From Eledone cirrhosa (Eukaryota), in the NCBI GenBank assembly GCA_964016885.1, contig OZ024740.1, forward strand, positions 276,582,001 through 276,646,000: a DNA stretch of 64,000 nucleotides. The letters are read 5' to 3'. The position numbers and the translations under genes are program-made. Positions 57,023 through 64,000 of this stretch are shown one piece after another. Every line of letters begins with the position of its first letter. Position 1 is the stretch's first letter. The notes under the pieces were generated by a model. It was not told the origin of the DNA. It did no database searches and saw only the letters and a program-made list of their open reading frames with translations.

Positions 57023-57494
57023 GTATGCATGCATGTAATTTCCAGGAAAAAAAGGGTGTCAATGTCATTAAATTATGGACAGTAGTGCCTCTCCCAAAGG
57101 TTATTTTTTTGGTCTGTCTATATTTTTATTTATAATACCTGGGTATGGTATTGTATCTGGTTACTTGGTGAGCTTAGAAATCATAACGAGTTTATTTCCA
57201 ATATGTAATCTACATGTATAACCTTTCGTTGTTCTAGTAGGACTTTCTAATATTTCCTCTTCAAGAAGTAATTCTAACTTTGGTTCGTTATAGTCTGTTA
57301 TTTACACTGGCAGAGATAGGTACACTGCAGATCGATATTCACCAGTCTTAATCATTTCTTTTTGAATCTAAAATATAGTTTAAGCTAGAGTCACCAATTT
57401 TGCATCAGCGAAATGTACGACATACATTTTTGCTAAATTTATATATTAAAGTGTTTGTGTGTATACATACATACATACATTAATACATACATAG

Positions 57495-58706
<1,212 letters not shown>

Positions 58707-59424
58707 TAGCGAGAATCGCATTTCGGCTATTGGAAATTAGCGAAAAACAACTTCCGAGATGTGAGGCAAGCGCTCCACAGAAACTAGTGAACTAGAGCAA
58801 CAACGTAAGTTAAAAGGCCAAACACTCTGAGACGATGGTTAAACCATTATCCGCAAATATATATACAATGTGTAGAAAGGATAACACACATGACCCTCCC
58901 AAAGCATAACAATATATATATATATATTTGTTGTTAGACCGATTACATCCATTTTCCCATGTATCACTATCTTTCATTGAGTTTTTGGCTCGTCAATTTA
59001 TTGCGTTAGTCTAAACCGGCGTTTGGCCATTAACATAACTGCCAATAGTCCTACAACATATTACTGCAACATGACCAGTATCTTATGTGTGTATGATTTC
59101 ACTATGTGCTTCTCAGCATGACGGTTGCGTTGGACATTGCTATGGATATTGGCAAGTATATTGTCTTATTTACCATCTTCATTCTATATATCTCTTAGGA
59201 TGGTGAGACAAACACCTCTGAGTCTCATGTGGTTCGATTATAATCGATAGTTTGTCTTCGATGATCGATTATGTTGATTAATTTTTTCGATTATCGATTA
59301 CATAAATTGACTTTGATCTACACTCTCAGGTATGAAATAGTGCTATAAGGTTTCTCTTATGATTTCACATGTGTACATATTCTTTTATAGAATATGTATT
59401 TGGTATATATACAATATACTGTGA

Positions 59425-59465
<41 letters not shown>

Positions 59466-59510
59466 CCTGATAATGGGGTTTAGAACCCTCAGATAAATGG
59501 AAAAAGATGA

Positions 59511-59555
<45 letters not shown>

Positions 59556-59710
59556 TAGTAATAAGAATAAATTTGAAGACTAAAATCCAAAGAGGGCTCG
59601 ATAAGGATAAATATATATCGAATATATAAGAACCGTAGAGCAAATATTTATTAAAATAACAGATTAAAGTTTAAGCAAAGAATCGCTGCTTTCACCCTTA
59701 ACGGGGTCTT

Positions 59711-59788
<78 letters not shown>

Positions 59789-59838
59789 GTTTCCGTAGGA
59801 AAGGTAAAGGAAGGGATAGTGCTCTATGTAGGCTACAC

Positions 59839-59997
59839 CAGGGCCGTCTTAACCTATGGGCACGCTGGGCAGTTGCCCGGGTGCCCCACGAGCATAGGGG
59901 GCCCATTTGTATTTTTATTCCTGTGAGTGGTTGTGTAGGTAGGAGCCCTAGGGCTCTGCTTTGCCCTGGGGCCTATAATGCTGTTAAGACGGCCCTG
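59839..59997. mobile_element. hAT MITE nested in a family G tail
   Basis: 15-bp TIR CAGGGCCGTCTTAAC, 8-bp TSD GGCTACAC/GGCTACAG; the sister copy at 60591-60650 lacks the insert. Confidence 0.85.
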
Positions 59998-60042
59998 GGC
60001 TACAGAGCTATTTATTTATGTAATAAACAACATAAGACAATT

Positions 60043-60117
60043 ATTCCATTTACCAAAGGTTTCACGAAGACAGACGAGCTCGACAGAGACGTCTGAAATC
60101 GTTCGTCAGAATGAAAT
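60043..60117 (-). ncRNA. Type I hammerhead ribozyme with extended stem II
   Basis: auuucauu-CUGACGA-acga...(cagacg/cgucug)...ucgu-GAAA-cc-uuu-g-GUA-aauggaau; 8-bp stem I, closed stem III. Confidence 0.8.
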
Positions 60118-60382
60118 TTTATTTTTTTTATTTTATTTTCTTATTTTATTTTTATCATCCACTTCAAATAAAATTTCATTCTGTCGAACGATTTCAGAGG
60201 TCTGTGTCGCGCTCGTCTGTCTTCGTGAAACCTTTGGCAAATGGAATAATTGTCTTATGTTGTTTATTACATAACTATATGGTTAGGTGGTGAGTCTTGT
60301 TAATCTGGTGTTTCACCTGTGCACTCGCAGTTAACCATGTTGAACATTTAAACACTACTTCGCTATTGTCCATCAATAATAC

Positions 60383-60516
<134 letters not shown>

Positions 60517-60590
60517 ATGCGTATGTGTGTGTAAAAGGTAAACAGAAATAACAACACAATCGGTACAGTATATGGAAGGGATATATATAT

Positions 60591-60856
60591 AAAGTATTTC
60601 CGTGGAAAAGGTAAAGGAAAGAAGAGTGCTCTATGTGTAGTATAGAGCTATTTAATTATATAATAAACAACACAATATAATTATTCCATTACCCAAGGTT
60701 TCACGAAGTCAGACGATTCTAACAGACGCGACTGAATTCTTTCATCTGATGAACGAATGGACGGATGAACGGATTCAGACGCTCGCTCTGTTAAAATCGC
60801 CTGACTACGTGAAACCTTGAGTAATGGAATAATTATATTGTGTTGTTTATTTTATA
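60591..60856. mobile_element. Second family G fold-back element, hammerhead-like motif on + at 60741-60828
   Basis: Arms 60659-60738 and 60773-60856; uucau-CUGAUGA-acg...cgu-GAAA-ccuuga-GUA-augga. Confidence 0.75.
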
Positions 60857-62156
60857 TATATATATATTGTGTATACGTATGTTTCTTTTTCCTAGGAACC
60901 CACTGTACCTTTCCATATTGTTGAAATCATGAATTAACGTTAGCCTTTTATTGGAACTCACAATTTCAATTAACTACTTTCACTAATGTTTGAAAGGTGA
61001 CGTATAATATTTGGTTTTCGTTTGGTTGGTTGATTTTCTTGACACACCCATAAACACAACGCTAACGTTTGAAATTTAAGTAAAAATTAAGATAAGTTCA
61101 AATTATAATTTTCTACTGAAGTAACCGAGCATTTAGGAAAAGTCAGTGAGGGGTAAAATTATATGAAGTGTTGTGAAGTTGGAGAAGAGAGAGAGAGAGA
61201 GAGGGGGTGGGAGGGGGTTCAGTTTTCTGGCTATAGTTTTCTACTGAACAGACAACTTTTTTAGGAAGTGAGTGTACCGAAAACAATTTTAGCTGAATGG
61301 TGAAAATGATTCACTATATAAAAAAGTAACGCGTCATTTTCCAAACTAAACGACTTGAAACGACGAAAATGTAACAAACAAAATGTAAAGTTAATTCAAT
61401 TAAAAAACAATATTTCTGTTATATTATCGTAGGAAGAGGATTATCCGTGACACTTTCCGGTCCTCCAAGACTTGTGAAAGGAAGGATGGTTGGTATCCTC
61501 AAACGTGGGACCTAGCCCAAGTGTTTGCAAAAGAATATATTCCGCTAAAGTGAGCAACGGCGGGGTTAAAACTGGTGGTGGATCAAGTTTACAGCCTAAG
61601 CAGGCCACGGTGAGATTTGAATTCAGGAAGCAAAGGTAAAAGGCATATTCCACCAGCTATCTCGTCTGAACCTCTAACAAATCCACCAATCTATTGCTAT
61701 AGTTTGGTACATTTTATTTCACTGACCCCAAAATGGTAAAAAGCTTGGTAGAATTTGAATTCAAAGAACTGAGTGCTGGACTATATTATGCAGTACGTTT
61801 CCAATTCCATTATTTCAGACGTTGAAATGGCATTTGGTTGCTATTTCGAGCGACCATGTAGCAGCTTCATATTAATTTTATTTGTTGCTGTTGTTTGGGT
61901 CTTTGTCAGCTGTAATCAGACCAATGATAAAAATCAGTCTAACATATGAGCATTCCGACCTTTTAAGGATGCGCATAACTGCATTACCTAGAATGTGCAG
62001 AACATTTTAATTCTCCCCGTCAAATGACGAGTAGCTATGATAGTGTTGTTCTGTTTTTTTTTTGGCACTTTTCGACAATATCCTTCTTTCCATCTCTGGA
62101 TAACAGCCAGTAGCTTCGTGAGACTGACTTGGATTCAGAAGGCATGTATTTTTTAA

Positions 62157-62377
62157 CCCTTTAGCATTTAAACCGGCCATATCTGACCAGAATACTCTCA
62201 TCCATTTCTGTTCAAACTGGCTGTAATCAGCCACCCATACTAATGTTAAGGTATTGTTCTCAAAATAAAAAATACCCAAATCTCATAGAGTCAATATTAT
62301 GTGAGATAATTATGGGAGATAAAGCCTTTACCACAAAAATACAATAGTAAATATAGATTAATGTAAATGCTTAAGGG
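62157..62377. mobile_element. piggyBac-like MITE
   Basis: TTAA TSD, TIR CCCTTTAGCATTTA / TAAATGCTTAAGGG. Confidence 0.75.
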
Positions 62378-62926
62378 TTAAAGGAACTCTGTACAGGACT
62401 AATAACAATTTTCAAAGTTTAAAGAAGCGTTGATGCTGTATACATTAGTAAACTATATACTACATACGAAACCAAGCATTCCCTATAATACTTTAATTAT
62501 GATCTATTTTTATGTACTTTTATCCTAGAATTATATTTGAGTGTTATCAAATAACATTTTAAATATGTAAAATAAAATAAAAAAATTCAAGGACGGTGAT
62601 AAACAGAAGCGCCACGTATACGTAATCTTTTGTAAAGCAGTTAAATAAAGTCAAGGACTAAAACATAAAGATCCCCACATTAAATATGTAAATATATAAG
62701 AATAATAACATAGATATTAATAATAAACATAATTGTCTCCATGTATGTTTAAAAGAAGAACAACAAATATTGTTTTGGTTATTGCTTGTTTAATTTTTCG
62801 TTAAAATTTATTGCTGACATATTATAGCAATTGGCAGAGGAAATCCTGTTGGTTCAATTTAACGTGTATGTGAGTATGTGTGTGTGTATGCATGTGTATA
62901 TATGTATATGCACATACACTCACACA

Positions 62927-62968
<42 letters not shown>

Positions 62969-63015
62969 CACACACATATATATATATACACATACACATA
63001 CATATATATACACAC

Positions 63016-63090
<75 letters not shown>

Positions 63091-63744
63091 CGTATACGTA
63101 CATGGGCACACAAGCACATAGATATAAATACTTGCTAAATATTAAAATCATATTTCTTAATATTTCTGTTATTTTTATTATATTATTTATTTCTATTTTC
63201 TTGGCTGATCAAGAATGTCGTGCTGGAACAATGCTATGAAGCATCTTACGTTACAGCTAATTAACCCAACATATTTAAATGTTATCTTTATTTTATATTT
63301 GTACATGTTAGTGTGTTTTTATTATTTTTTTTTTTTTTTTGCTGTTTGTTCTGGTTTGAAGTCTGATGTTTTATTTCTGTTTCATATTTACCTCAAATTT
63401 TGTTCATTTTTATAAATATATTTTTTCTTCGTTTCTTCATAAATTATCTTTCTGATTTCTTGATAACGACGCCTCATGATGTTTATATAAATCTTTTCGT
63501 CATAATTTATACAAATCTTTTCACCATAATTTTCTGTTTTGTATGTTTAACCCAGATCCTCCCTCTTCTTTGATGAGGTTTGAATTTGTGGTATTCTTTT
63601 TTGCACTGGTTTCAATGATTATCGGCGGCCACGTAGGTGGCGGTTTACCACATTAAAGTCGATCACATCAATCCTAGTATTTACTTGTTTTATGTCTGGT
63701 TCTTATTTTATCGCTACATTACGGGACATAAGCACACACAAACG

Positions 63745-63789
<45 letters not shown>

Positions 63790-63793
63790 AGCG

Positions 63794-63869
<76 letters not shown>

Positions 63870-63877
63870 CTGTATGT

Positions 63878-64000
63878 ATCACGGGTTCAATTGGGGGTAA
63901 CCACAGTAAGTAAGGTACTTAATACATAGCAGAGTATAATTATTTAATACAGAAATGACTTCTACAGGACTAGAACTGTTTCATTCGAAGGAAATCATCA
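63878..64000 (-). mobile_element. Family F PLE-like end, hammerhead cut by the window edge
   Basis: Reverse strand begins UGAUGA-uuuccuucgaau-GAAA-caguuc-uaguc. Confidence 0.6.

Larger units (their letters stand above)
59784..60274. mobile_element. Family G fold-back PLE-like element
   Basis: Inverted arms 60016-60124 and 60167-60274, plus tail from 59784 abutting (TA)n. Confidence 0.8.

Overview
AT-rich, repeat-saturated eukaryotic DNA with no recognisable host protein-coding gene. The SINE families and huge (TA)n/(CA)n/(TATG)n tracts suggest an octopod cephalopod (inference). The window opens with GTGAGT, so it may be the 5' part of a long + strand intron. Almost all ORFs in the supplied track are microsatellite artefacts. 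The real coding remnants are all transposon-derived: a Penelope-like (PLE) reverse transcriptase, CRE-like and R4/Dong-like restriction-like endonuclease tails, RTE LINE 3' ends, an internally deleted mariner and a Chapaev3-like transposase. There are also hAT, piggyBac-like and mariner MITEs, Helitron ends and many tRNA-derived SINEs. The main unexpected signal is about 20 hammerhead ribozyme (HHR) motifs, intact or decayed, from several unrelated short microsatellite-embedded families. Many are arranged as inverted (fold-back) pairs. One element couples a perfect HHR to a tRNA-like Pol III unit with a T5 terminator. Intact HHRs are strongly biased to the - strand. All folds were done by eye; no searches were run.
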